Of a DNA stretch of 47,112 nt, positions 37,269 to 45,603 are shown one piece after another. The stretch lies in the sequence record NC_024210.1; one strand, 5' to 3'. The position numbers were made by a program, and so were the translations under genes. The notes under the pieces were generated by a model that worked only from the letters and a program-made list of their open reading frames with translations, was not told the DNA's origin and ran no database searches. This DNA comes from Escherichia phage e4/1c. Within the stretch, counting starts at the first letter, position 1. Every line of letters begins with the position of its first letter.

Positions 37269-37311
37269 TAGCACTAATTGCCAAAACACAAATCAAAAGA
37301 TGGGGTATATT
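37269..37311 (+). promoter_or_regulatory. palindrome-type promoter unit
   Basis: TAGCACTAATTGCCA, 22 bp, TATATT, then CCATCAAAACAAAACGAGAGGA. Confidence 0.5.
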
Positions 37312-37344
37312 TACTCCATCAAAACAAAACGAGAGGATACAAAG

Positions 37345-37530
37345 ATGGCTAAGTTCACACAATCAGATGCACAGATTGAAGTTAAAGATGTTGGTTTTGG
37401 TAAGACATTTCGGATTGCACAGGCTTACGGAACTAGCGAAGAAGATGTAAAGGTTGACACTATTAACCTTACTGCTAAGAATGCACGTGAGATCGCTTAT
37501 GCAATCCTTGCGGCACTTGGAGGGCGTTAA
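37345..37530 (+). CDS. hypothetical protein (61 aa)
   Basis: ATG 37345 after conserved leader. Confidence 0.45.
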   Translation: MAKFTQSDAQIEVKDVGFGKTFRIAQAYGTSEEDVKVDTINLTAKNAREIAYAILAALGGR

Positions 37531-37718
37531 TGTTGCAAACAATTAAAGCTGATATGGTAAAGGTGGGTGATGAGGTTTTGTTCTCAAATTGCCAACGGCA
37601 AAAAGTTAAGGCCACAAGCCTTGAGTATTACCCTAGCTGTACGTTCGTAATGATTAAGACCATGGGCGGTAACTGCTTCCCAATTAATGTAAACACACTT
37701 ATTTGCGTAAACCGTTAA
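37530..37718 (+). CDS. hypothetical protein (62 aa)
   Basis: TAATG overlap with upstream gene. Confidence 0.4.
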   Translation: MLQTIKADMVKVGDEVLFSNCQRQKVKATSLEYYPSCTFVMIKTMGGNCFPINVNTLICVNR

Positions 37719-37730
37719 GAGATTATCAAA

Positions 37731-37904
37731 ATGACTAAATTATTCTGCGTTAGCAACAAATCAAAATCACTGCCTTTCACTGTAAACAACCCTTACAGTG
37801 GTGAGTACCAGGGGGATGGTAATTACAAGATTTATGGCGATGACATGACTTGGATCTTCGCCCCGATTGATGGAGAATTGGTGGAATTCATTATCGCAGA
37901 CTAA
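37731..37904 (+). CDS. hypothetical protein (57 aa)
   Basis: not in ORF track; ATG 37731, followed by terminator. Confidence 0.3.
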   Translation: MTKLFCVSNKSKSLPFTVNNPYSGEYQGDGNYKIYGDDMTWIFAPIDGELVEFIIAD

Positions 37905-37924
37905 CTTATAAGAAACATCAACTT

Positions 37925-37952
37925 GAAAACAGGCGGCCTTTAAGGCTGCCTT
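37925..37952 (+). terminator. rho-independent terminator
   Basis: ggcggcc-tttaa-ggctgcc plus T8. Confidence 0.65.
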
Positions 37953-38019
37953 TTTTTCGTTTATGTCAAAGTTTAATATCTGGTATTATTTAATCAAATC
38001 AACTTAAAGAGGCCGCAAC

Positions 38020-38235
38020 ATGAAGCATTTCTATGACGCAGCCGCCTTGTCCGGTAGCGGAGTAGCTATGGGCGGCGGCTTATCTGACAATACAATCATC
38101 GGCATTATTGGCTTAATCGTAGCCGTGTGCTTTGGTATCTTTGGAGCATGGCTGCGATGGAGGGACAGTAAGGCGCTACATAAAGCACTTGAGGATGGAG
38201 ATATCCGTGAGGCAATGAGAATCAGGAGTAAGTGA
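38020..38235 (+). CDS. holin
   Basis: 71 aa; hydrophobic segment IIGIIGLIVAVCFGIFGAWL, charged C-terminus; RBS AAAGAGG; first gene of lysis cassette. Confidence 0.7.
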   Translation: MKHFYDAAALSGSGVAMGGGLSDNTIIGIIGLIVAVCFGIFGAWLRWRDSKALHKALEDGDIREAMRIRSK

Positions 38236-38717
38236 TGAGTATAAAGAATAAAGTTATTGGCGGGGCCTTAGGCTCCGCTATTGCTATAGCTGTACCATTC
38301 CTGAACAAGTATGAGGGCGTTGAGTATAGGCCATACAAAGATGTAGCTGGGGTGTGGACTATTTGCGCAGGCATTACTGGCCCTGACGTTATTCGTGGCA
38401 AGGTTTACACTCAGCGAGAGTGTGATGCACTCCTTATGAAGCACCTGTCAATTCATCGCTCCGCTGTTGATAAAGCCCTGAAGGTTGATGTTCCAGTTAG
38501 CACCAGGGCGGCGCTGTACAGTTTTTCATTTAATGTTGGGACCAATGCAATGCGCAACTCAACTGTTATCAGACTCATGAATCGCGGCGATATTCGTGGT
38601 GGATGTGAGGCGCTATCAATGTGGAATAAAATTAGCGTTGGTGGCAAGAAGGTTGTGAGCAAAGGCCTGGTTAACAGGCGAAACGCGGAGATTAGGCTAT
38701 GCGTGTCGGAATTATAA
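38235..38717 (+). CDS. SAR endolysin (GH24 lysozyme-like)
   Basis: N-terminal weakly hydrophobic GGALGSAIAIAVPF (signal-arrest-release type) followed by YEGVEYRPYKDVAGVWTICAGITG with Glu/Asp/Thr catalytic pattern of T4-type lysozymes. Confidence 0.75.
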   Translation: MSIKNKVIGGALGSAIAIAVPFLNKYEGVEYRPYKDVAGVWTICAGITGPDVIRGKVYTQRECDALLMKHLSIHRSAVDKALKVDVPVSTRAALYSFSFNVGTNAMRNSTVIRLMNRGDIRGGCEALSMWNKISVGGKKVVSKGLVNRRNAEIRLCVSEL

Positions 38718-39103
38718 TTATTGCAATCACATTGCTGACCGGTTGCTCTGTTATGTCAGCTATCTCTGATTTATTACCGAGTAAGGATGGCATTGAAGCA
38801 ACAGCGCAGGTTGGTGAGTCTAACCAGAAGACGGGCGTTGGATTATCTAGCCAGATAGATAAATCAAGTTCAGTAGAAAGCGATATGCGCAACTCAACTA
38901 ACAGGGACGTAGATTCATCAAGCCAAAAAAAGACCGCTGCTACTGGTCTCTCAGCAGGCACAATAACAGCTGAAAAGATTGAAATTCACAGCACTGAAAA
39001 CTCTGGGGTTGACTCATTGGTCTGGGGTATTCTTGCAGGGTTAGTTTCAGGCTTGCTAACTTACTTCGCTTTAAGATTTGCAGGGAACAAAAAAGGAGCC
39101 TAA
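38699..39103 (+). CDS. unimolecular spanin (u-spanin, T1 gp11-like)
   Basis: N-terminal lipobox LLTGC plus single C-terminal TMD SLVWGILAGLVSGLLTYFAL. Confidence 0.7.
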   Translation: MRVGIIIIAITLLTGCSVMSAISDLLPSKDGIEATAQVGESNQKTGVGLSSQIDKSSSVESDMRNSTNRDVDSSSQKKTAATGLSAGTITAEKIEIHSTENSGVDSLVWGILAGLVSGLLTYFALRFAGNKKGA

Positions 39104-39118
39104 TGGCTCCTTTCTTTT
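39088..39118. terminator. bidirectional terminator between lysis cassette and minus-strand block
   Basis: aggagcc-taat-ggctcct flanked by A-run and T-run. Confidence 0.65.
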
Positions 39119-39452
39119 ATGCGAACAGTTGGTCGTCTGTCATTTCTTTTATGGTCATCATCTCATTAGTGTACTTATCGCTCTCACCTTCAAGGCATCT
39201 GAAGCTAAATTCGAAAGGTCGCTTCGTGCTTCCTTTGCTCCAGTAACTGCCATTAACTCCATCGATGTAACCTTCAGTCATGCATCTTGCCAGAAACTCC
39301 TTTGACGCAGATGATGCAAAGTAACGCGTATTAACTCCAGCTGCCTTAGCCATTCTTTCACATTCTTTGTGGCGGTAAATGAATGCCGCCAGGTGCTGCC
39401 TGTTAAACCTTTCGTAGCTCTCGCAGAACTTGAACACATCAAGGATGAACAT
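39117..39452 (-). CDS. hypothetical protein (111 aa), last gene of ATPase operon
   Basis: 5 nt downstream of ATPase gene stop on the same strand. Confidence 0.5.
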   Translation of the reverse strand: MFILDVFKFCESYERFNRQHLAAFIYRHKECERMAKAAGVNTRYFASSASKEFLARCMTEGYIDGVNGSYWSKGSTKRPFEFSFRCLEGESDKYTNEMMTIKEMTDDQLFA

Positions 39453-39456
39453 TTAA

Positions 39457-41040
39457 TTACCCCAGCAGCCGTGGATTGATATATACCTTGTCACCAATCA
39501 GGCAGGTATAGTTTTTCTCATCAAGCATCGGCAGTAAGTGGTCTTTAATTTTAGCCATAACACCAGCCTGTGACTCGAAAGGTCGAACCTTACGCGCAGC
39601 TTCATAAAGTGAACGCAAACCCACAACTCCTTTACTGTTCTTGCCTTGCTTGATAAGGATATCAATTAACTTGTTCATCTCAGCGTTATCGCCAGCATGA
39701 CCAGCTGCGTTAGCTGAAGATAAGTAAGTCTTACTAAGTTCTTCAAACATCAACAAAGCCTCTTGCATGGTTTCTAGTTCAATCTCCCTGGACTTCTGCG
39801 GACTACCACCATTCTCGTTAAACCAGTTACGGATAGTATGCAGAACCGAAGCGAGGCGAATCACTTGCTTGTCCATTTTACCTAACGCGCCACGAAGCAT
39901 TGTATGTGAATACTTCCCACCATCAGCAAGGTGTGGCTCCATTTCCTGTCGAGCACGGTTAAGGTACTTCATTGCTGAGTTACTAACAGTCAACTTCACA
40001 TCTTGCTCACTCATAATTTCATGAACAAGACGGAAGTAATCAGCCTTCAACGCTCCGTCAATCGGCTCATATGTTGACTCGCCATTATCATCGACGAAAA
40101 CACGCTCACCAAGGAATGACTTTTCACGCACAAGCAAGAAACGTTCGGATACACCAATACCGCGAGCACCAGCATTCATGATTGCGACTATTGTTTCATC
40201 CTGCGCAATTACAGAAATACACCCCATAGCAATAAAGCTCATGTTGTTCTCTGCGTTCGCACGCGCGATAGATACGCTACCAGCATCCCAGGCCTTCAGA
40301 ACAAGCTCGCTGTTAGTTTTCTTCGAGCCATCACCGTAAGTCATACCAAGAAGTGAGTTAACACTTGTCGCTTCATCAGAAATCACGGAGAAGTTACCCT
40401 GGCGGTTGTTGATTCGCGCAAGACCTTCCGGTGTAGTATCAGATACCGGAAACACAATGTCGCACAGCTTTTCTAACTTCTCTTCCAACTCCTCTTTCTC
40501 TTCGAATAATCCAGCCATCTCAGATGGTGACTTCTCTTGCTTCATTTCTTTTGCCAGGGCTGACAATTTAGCCATAATCTTCTTACGGTCACGCTTTCGA
40601 ATCTCATTTAGTCGCTCGGTCTCAGAAATCATTGGTGCGAGTGCAAGTGAGTTAATTGCTGATTTACCAGTTGATGGTGGCTGACTGGTGACTACATACA
40701 GTGATGTTGGTTGTTGAGTTCCGTGATACTCAACCGTAAAGCGACCTAACATAGCTGCCGAGACGCAACCAAGGAAGTGCATATAAGCAGATGATTCAGG
40801 AAACTGAACAGAACGAGCAGTATTGCTTGATAGTTTGCCAACTACATCATAGTCGTTACCCAGCGAGATAACAGGATACTTGTCGCCAGTAGAATCAATC
40901 TCAACCGGAGCTTTCCAGAATGATGCGCTCTGGCGATAACCGTTCGCATTAATAGCAACACGTAAAGGAGTTAATCCATCCTGAGCGGCAACAGCCATTA
41001 CTTGTTCAACAGTCAATTTGTCATCATTAAAATCAAACAT
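39457..41040 (-). CDS. P-loop NTPase with shared N- and C-terminal modules (paralog of 44156..44704)
   Basis: Walker A VTSQPPSTGKSA, Walker B FSVISDEA; N-terminal 42 aa about 70 percent identical to ORF 44156..44704; start ATG 41040 (MFDF) or 41046. Confidence 0.65.
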   Translation of the reverse strand: MFDFNDDKLTVEQVMAVAAQDGLTPLRVAINANGYRQSASFWKAPVEIDSTGDKYPVISLGNDYDVVGKLSSNTARSVQFPESSAYMHFLGCVSAAMLGRFTVEYHGTQQPTSLYVVTSQPPSTGKSAINSLALAPMISETERLNEIRKRDRKKIMAKLSALAKEMKQEKSPSEMAGLFEEKEELEEKLEKLCDIVFPVSDTTPEGLARINNRQGNFSVISDEATSVNSLLGMTYGDGSKKTNSELVLKAWDAGSVSIARANAENNMSFIAMGCISVIAQDETIVAIMNAGARGIGVSERFLLVREKSFLGERVFVDDNGESTYEPIDGALKADYFRLVHEIMSEQDVKLTVSNSAMKYLNRARQEMEPHLADGGKYSHTMLRGALGKMDKQVIRLASVLHTIRNWFNENGGSPQKSREIELETMQEALLMFEELSKTYLSSANAAGHAGDNAEMNKLIDILIKQGKNSKGVVGLRSLYEAARKVRPFESQAGVMAKIKDHLLPMLDEKNYTCLIGDKVYINPRLLG

Positions 41041-41079
41041 TATCATCTCTCTCTAAATGCCCCGAAGGGGCTTGATTAT

Positions 41080-41259
41080 TTACTTGATACGAACTTCAAT
41101 CATCTGACCTTTATGAGGAAGATACAGCTTTGCGCGACCTCTAATCATTACGGTGATGATATTCTCCTTAAGGTCAACGTGAAGTACTTTGCGGAACAGA
41201 GGCCCCATTTTTACCATCATGCCAGGTTTGATGTTTTCGATAGTAGTCATGATATCCAT
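41080..41259 (-). CDS. hypothetical small protein (59 aa), first gene of ATPase operon
   Basis: not in ORF track; MDIMTTIENIKPGMMVKMGPLFRK...; hairpin separates it from ATPase gene. Confidence 0.35.
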   Translation of the reverse strand: MDIMTTIENIKPGMMVKMGPLFRKVLHVDLKENIITVMIRGRAKLYLPHKGQMIEVRIK

Positions 41260-41297
41260 TTTTTAGCCCTTTTAATGTATTTCGTTTCGATGAAGAG

Positions 41298-41341
41298 AAT
41301 ATATCAATTTTTGTTGTTAAGTTCTTTAGCAAAAAGTGCTA
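41298..41341 (-). promoter_or_regulatory. palindrome-type promoter unit for ATPase operon
   Basis: minus-strand TAGCACTTTTTGCTA, 23 bp, TATATT, TTCATCGAAACGA. Confidence 0.5.
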
Positions 41342-41458
41342 TTAAAGACCAACCAGACATTTGCCAACTACAACAGCGATTGCGCCCATGAAGCCAAAGA
41401 AACCAAACTTAATTACTTGTTCCATTACCGCATCAACTGCTTTAGAGATGTTTTTCAT
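41342..41458 (-). CDS. small membrane protein (38 aa)
   Basis: MKNISKAVDAVMEQVIKFGFFGFMGAIAVVVGKCLVGL; start chosen at ATG 41458 with RBS AAGGTGA. Confidence 0.4.
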   Translation of the reverse strand: MKNISKAVDAVMEQVIKFGFFGFMGAIAVVVGKCLVGL

Positions 41459-41495
41459 TTTGTTCACCTTAGTGTTTGTCTTCTTGATGGAAACA

Positions 41496-41539
41496 AATAT
41501 ACCCGCCGAAGCGGGTAGTGTCATTAGCAAAAAGTGCTA
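41496..41539 (-). promoter_or_regulatory. palindrome-type promoter unit
   Basis: minus-strand TAGCACTTTTTGCTA, 23 bp containing hairpin cccgc-ttcg-gcggg, TATATT. Confidence 0.45.
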
Positions 41540-41540
41540 T

Positions 41541-41894
41541 TTATGAATATGAGCTTTCGAACTTGTAGAGGCCATAACCAACATCAAAGCCAACTTCTTC
41601 ATCACGCGTCAACTGCCAGCCCTCGCCGTCTTCATCATAAATATACCCAGCGTTACGACCAAGTGATGCAGTCATTGATACCTGGTAACGCTTACCCTTA
41701 CTGAAACTCTTCTTGAGTGGTGACTTGTGGTTCACGAAAGTGCAAAGCAAAGTCTTGGTCTTGACGTAACGACCCCGGCCAGTGAGATTTTGCCATTTAC
41801 CATGAATCTTGATTTGCTCAATACCATCTTTAACGCGAGCTTTAAACAGATTGTTATCTGAGCTGATCCAGTTTTTAGTGATAGTGGTAGCCAT
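41541..41894 (-). CDS. hypothetical protein (117 aa)
   Basis: RBS AAGGAAAA; second gene of a two-gene unit. Confidence 0.5.
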   Translation of the reverse strand: MATTITKNWISSDNNLFKARVKDGIEQIKIHGKWQNLTGRGRYVKTKTLLCTFVNHKSPLKKSFSKGKRYQVSMTASLGRNAGYIYDEDGEGWQLTRDEEVGFDVGYGLYKFESSYS

Positions 41895-41919
41895 TACTAT
41901 TTTCCTTTTTGGTTTGTTA

Positions 41920-42222
41920 TTAGTTAGCGTTATGACGTTCGATATAGTCGCGGATTGTTTCGCCTACGCTTTTAGCGGCACCAAAAGTGCCCTTTGCGTG
42001 GCGTGAGTCGCGGTACGTCTGGAAGAATTTACGAGCGATGTTTGCGAACATTGAACCAGTCACGCGAGCATCACCAAAATTTGTTTCGATAGCGTTGCTG
42101 ATGCCATCCTTGAACTCATTTTCAGTCATGAACATCTCTGCCATGCCAGCAGTCTCGAAAAGATTAGCTAATTCATTCATGTTGTTATGGTCGGCGGCTG
42201 TAAACAGGTTCATGTTAATCAT
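41920..42222 (-). CDS. hypothetical protein (100 aa)
   Basis: RBS AAGGAA after conserved leader. Confidence 0.5.
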   Translation of the reverse strand: MINMNLFTAADHNNMNELANLFETAGMAEMFMTENEFKDGISNAIETNFGDARVTGSMFANIARKFFQTYRDSRHAKGTFGAAKSVGETIRDYIERHNAN

Positions 42223-42256
42223 CTTAGTGATTCCTTAGTTTCGTTTCGATGAGATG

Positions 42257-42299
42257 AATATACAGTAAAAGCCCCGAAGGGCTTTAGCGATTCGTGCTA
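42257..42299 (-). promoter_or_regulatory. palindrome-type promoter unit
   Basis: minus-strand TAGCACGAATCGCTA, 22 bp containing hairpin, TATATT, TCATCGAAACGAAAC. Confidence 0.5.
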
Positions 42300-42449
42300 T
42301 TTCTTTGCTGCTTTTGCAATTGCCTTCTGGACGATATTGAAGCTCTCAATCAAATCTTCTTTGAAGTAGTCACCAACAGGCCAACCCTTACCGCTGTACT
42401 TGGCTATGGTTTCTAGATCGTAATAGTTCAAGTCAGATGGCTTTAGCAT
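42297..42449 (-). CDS. hypothetical small protein (50 aa)
   Basis: not in ORF track; start adjacent to upstream stop (TAAATG); stop TAG is first triplet of palindrome. Confidence 0.3.
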   Translation of the reverse strand: MLKPSDLNYYDLETIAKYSGKGWPVGDYFKEDLIESFNIVQKAIAKAAKK

Positions 42450-42689
42450 TTACTTCACCTCATCAAAAGTTGCAACACCAGGGATAAACATTCCAACCTT
42501 CCAGCCAGAGATAGCAATCCATCCAGAATCGTGCTTGTGCGGTCTCTCGGCGCCATTAATTACCCACTCGTTCGGGATTGTCTTACCGTTAATTATTAGA
42601 GGCTCAGCGTCGTATATAGAGCCTTTTACGAATGGTGTTAAAATCTTCTTGTCGGTGCTTTGGATGACGTTAGTGCAGCTAATCTTCAT
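42450..42689 (-). CDS. hypothetical protein (79 aa)
   Basis: ATGA overlap with upstream gene. Confidence 0.45.
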   Translation of the reverse strand: MKISCTNVIQSTDKKILTPFVKGSIYDAEPLIINGKTIPNEWVINGAERPHKHDSGWIAISGWKVGMFIPGVATFDEVK

Positions 42690-42916
42690 ACCAACACCTC
42701 GAACTCTTCATCAGAAATCTCACAAAGTTCATGTTTATAGATTGCAATAATATCATCGAAAACCACATCTTTTTTAGACTGAATCTGATAGGTTCCAGTG
42801 ATCATCTTGAAAGCTACAGCAATCTCACCTTCTTCATAACCCATCTCGCGCAAGCTTGTTGAGTCTTCATCATACTTATAGTCAACGTTAGTTAATTTAA
42901 TTTTTACCTGTTCCAT
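42686..42916 (-). CDS. hypothetical acidic protein (76 aa)
   Basis: first gene of minus-strand block; RBS GAGGAGAT. Confidence 0.5.
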   Translation of the reverse strand: MEQVKIKLTNVDYKYDEDSTSLREMGYEEGEIAVAFKMITGTYQIQSKKDVVFDDIIAIYKHELCEISDEEFEVLV

Positions 42917-42943
42917 GTCTATCTCCTCGCTGTTGATGTAATT

Positions 42944-42987
42944 AATATACCCAATCAGGACTGAATGTTCATTAGCAAAAAGTGCTA
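42944..42987 (-). promoter_or_regulatory. palindrome-type promoter unit (first of minus-strand block)
   Basis: minus-strand TAGCACTTTTTGCTA, 23 bp, TATATT. Confidence 0.5.
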
Positions 42988-43011
42988 TTCGTTCGATTTA
43001 TGGATTGTTGC

Positions 43012-43105
43012 GGATATTGCAATGATTAGATTCACCTTTGCGCACATAGCAATATTGCATCTATTGCAATGATTTTCTGTACTGTTGCGAAAATGGCAAT
43101 GATTG
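43012..43105. repeat. cluster of short palindromic iteron-like sites (ATTGCAATGATT family)
   Basis: TATTGCAATGATT at about 43015 and 43063, GCAATATTGC at about 43049, GGCAATGATT at about 43094. Confidence 0.6.
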
Positions 43106-43179
43106 ATGGATTGATGGAATGAAGGAGGACGCATCAACTGGTTGGTTGGTTTTCTCGCTCGCTCGGAGATAATCATTTG

Positions 43180-43330
43180 TATACGCGTAGTCCGCTGTCT
43201 ACCGATTGTCGACCGTATCCAGATTTACATTTGATACGCCTTGATACAATCCATATACATTAAAACATCCTTATATATAAAGGACTTAGACTATTATTAT
43301 TATTATATATAGTATTATGTATATATGGCG
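43180..43330. repeat. regulatory repeat region B (homologous to 23316-23470)
   Basis: TATACGCGTA plus 60-bp near-identical AT-rich segment shared with region A. Confidence 0.7.
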
Positions 43331-43381
43331 TATCCTTTGTACGCCACTATATAGGTGGGTTTGCTTAAATTTCTATTTTTA

Positions 43382-43398
43382 TTCCTACATTGTAGGAA
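43382..43398. promoter_or_regulatory. perfect 17-bp palindrome TTCCTACATTGTAGGAA with adjacent half-site
   Basis: perfect inverted repeat; half-site TTGTAGGAA repeated at about 43409. Confidence 0.5.
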
Positions 43399-43545
43399 TG
43401 GGACTACGTTGTAGGAAAATATAGGGTGTATCGCCAGAAATGCACTAATAATTTGGATACGGCGAGTACGCCATGACTACATCCAGCAATGAAGCGGCCT
43501 ACGGATGAGAAAATGTAATTATTTATCGAATACATAAAAAATACC

Positions 43546-43574
43546 TTGATATACACGTATCTACTTGCTATAGT
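43546..43574 (+). promoter_or_regulatory. sigma70-type early promoter (TTGATA, 17 bp, TATAGT)
   Basis: canonical spacing; followed by CCATCGAAACG leader and gene at 43614. Confidence 0.6.
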
Positions 43575-43613
43575 CACTCCATCGAAACGCGATAAAAAAC
43601 GAGAGGAATTAAA

Positions 43614-44156
43614 ATGAGCAAGTCAACACTTGGTGAAGTAATTCGATTCATGGCTAAAAAAGCACTCCAGTCAGAGAGCAAGGAGTGCAGAGTTCCAGTT
43701 CGTTCTATATTTAAAGAGGTGCGCGGAGAGGATTACCCAGAGGTTGACGTTAATGAGAAGGATGGATTAAAGAAAACAATTAAAAGTCGATCAATGACTG
43801 AGTTAAAAAACTCATACATTTACAATACAGTTTCACGCATGACTGAGCTGAGAGAAGCGAATGTTAGAGCTAGATATAAATTCATCTGGCTTGATGAAGA
43901 CAAAGAGGAGACAACCCCAGCTGCGTATGACGGTGACGGCGCAGATAAATACTTGGTAATCTATATTGAGAATGGCTCAGTCGAACCCAGGGCAAAGCAA
44001 AAGGAGAAGGCAAAGCAGGAGCAGGCCGCAATCGATAGGTTTAAGGCTCGACTTCTCAAGCTATCACCTAACGTGCTGGAGTTTGAAGGCGATGAGCTGA
44101 CTGGCGCAGTTAAGGCTATCCGCATGTATCAAGAGATGATCAAGGAGTTTAACTAA
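43614..44156 (+). CDS. hypothetical early protein (180 aa)
   Basis: RBS GAGAGGA; first gene after promoter. Confidence 0.5.
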   Translation: MSKSTLGEVIRFMAKKALQSESKECRVPVRSIFKEVRGEDYPEVDVNEKDGLKKTIKSRSMTELKNSYIYNTVSRMTELREANVRARYKFIWLDEDKEETTPAAYDGDGADKYLVIYIENGSVEPRAKQKEKAKQEQAAIDRFKARLLKLSPNVLEFEGDELTGAVKAIRMYQEMIKEFN

Positions 44157-44704
44157 TGTTTGATTTCGACGAAGATAAGTTAACTGATGACCAGGTGATG
44201 GAAGTCGCCAGGCAAGATAACCTGCCGCCACTTCGTGTGGCAATCAATGCTAATGGATACCGCCAATCATTCAAGTTCTGGCCGAGCGCCGAAGAGATGC
44301 TGTGCGTCAAGTTGAGCTACAAATACGGCGTCGTAGTGCATAAAATTAAGCACTTATGCGGCAATACAGGAATGCTTTACGTGAGCCAGCTATACCGGCA
44401 GATCAGAGAGGTCCAGCCATTCGTTGGTCGTGATGACATATTCAACGACCTTAGTAATATCATTCTGCCGTCACTCCAGGACGCCGGAATCACATGCCGG
44501 ATTGGCGATCAGGTGTTTGCGCATCCGTACCTGGTGGAAATGGATGAACGAGACGTGTACAGATGGTGCAGTCAGTACCTATCCGACGCACCAAGCTCAC
44601 ACTACGTGCGACCGCAGACAACAATCCATGGCTATGATGCCGATGAGGTGGAGAAGGCCATCCAGTTCTACCGGAAAGCGAAAGCTCTCCTGAATGGTGA
44701 ATAG
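44156..44704 (+). CDS. short paralog of P-loop NTPase gene (N- and C-terminal modules only, no ATPase core)
   Basis: MFDFDEDKLTDDQVMEVARQDNLPPLRVAINANGYRQS matches N-terminus of ORF 39457..41040; C-terminal LY..R.V.PF...LP.L...TC.IGD.V..P also shared. Confidence 0.6.
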   Translation: MFDFDEDKLTDDQVMEVARQDNLPPLRVAINANGYRQSFKFWPSAEEMLCVKLSYKYGVVVHKIKHLCGNTGMLYVSQLYRQIREVQPFVGRDDIFNDLSNIILPSLQDAGITCRIGDQVFAHPYLVEMDERDVYRWCSQYLSDAPSSHYVRPQTTIHGYDADEVEKAIQFYRKAKALLNGE

Positions 44705-44744
44705 CACGAATTGATAAACAAAAAACAGGGTATTCAGCTATGAT
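44702..44744 (+). promoter_or_regulatory. palindrome-type promoter unit
   Basis: TAGCACGAATTGATA starting on stop codon TAG, 22 bp, TATGAT, then CTATCAACCAAACGAGAGGA. Confidence 0.5.
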
Positions 44745-44775
44745 TACCCTATCAACCAAACGAGAGGAATAAAAT

Positions 44776-45009
44776 ATGATCGTAATTAACCTGTCTGAAA
44801 GGCAAGCAAAAGAGATTAAAGCGGTAATGATGCACTGCCTTAACCGAAAGCTATTTAGCTCCTCAGAATCGCTTACAGAGGTCGTAGAGCAGATTCGCAA
44901 TCAAGAGTTTGAAGATGTTCTGCCGTGGGAAGAGGATTTAGCCTGGCTTGAGTACGAGAAGATTTGCACGGTTCTTTCAGGTTGCCAGCTGGCTAGCCAA
45001 TACAAGTGA
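44776..45009 (+). CDS. hypothetical protein (77 aa)
   Basis: ATG after conserved leader. Confidence 0.45.
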   Translation: MIVINLSERQAKEIKAVMMHCLNRKLFSSSESLTEVVEQIRNQEFEDVLPWEEDLAWLEYEKICTVLSGCQLASQYK

Positions 45010-45127
45010 CCATCTACGAACACAAATTTAGTAGCAGCGGCATACCAATGTTGCTGCACTACGTAAGCGAAAAATACGCAATATTGATGCAGAAGACGCA
45101 TGGCGGGACAATAGCGAGGATTGAGAT

Positions 45128-45283
45128 ATGAATGAATTTAAAATTGAAGATATTATTCTTGATGATGCTGTTTATTATCACGAGAATGATGGCTTTGATA
45201 CTGAATGTATGGCTGATGATGGCATTGCTTTGATTATCGAGCGAGATAAGTTCGGCGAGATCGTTCAGTGGAGTGAGCAATAA
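45128..45283 (+). CDS. small highly acidic protein (51 aa)
   Basis: not in ORF track; RBS GAGGA; 15 of 51 residues Asp/Glu. Confidence 0.35.
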   Translation: MNEFKIEDIILDDAVYYHENDGFDTECMADDGIALIIERDKFGEIVQWSEQ

Positions 45284-45603
45284 TGAGCAAATACGACAAA
45301 GAGATTATTGGCTTGGATGGAACCAAGACGACAGTTGATGTATATCGTGTTATCGCAGCATTCGGCGTAACCGACCCAGCGTTACAGCACGCCATCAAAA
45401 AGGTACTGTGCAGCGGCATTCGAACGCGACACAAGGGTTACACCACTGACATCAATGAGGCCATTGTGTCGCTTCAAAAGGCTGTGGAATTTCATGGGCA
45501 AAGAGGCGCGCATGTTCAGGAGATTATTGATAAGTATCGCGATGGCTCTAAGATTCAGAAGGTAGTAAGCAATAGGAATTACCTAGATAGCTGGAGCAAA
45601 TAG
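45283..45603 (+). CDS. hypothetical protein (106 aa)
   Basis: TAATG overlap; stop TAG is first triplet of next palindrome. Confidence 0.45.
   Translation: MSKYDKEIIGLDGTKTTVDVYRVIAAFGVTDPALQHAIKKVLCSGIRTRHKGYTTDINEAIVSLQKAVEFHGQRGAHVQEIIDKYRDGSKIQKVVSNRNYLDSWSK

Noticed and set aside
37961-37989. Canonical sigma70 promoter for the lysis cassette
   Set aside because: A TATTAT -10 is present at 37984-37989 but no acceptable -35 at 16-18 bp; left unannotated
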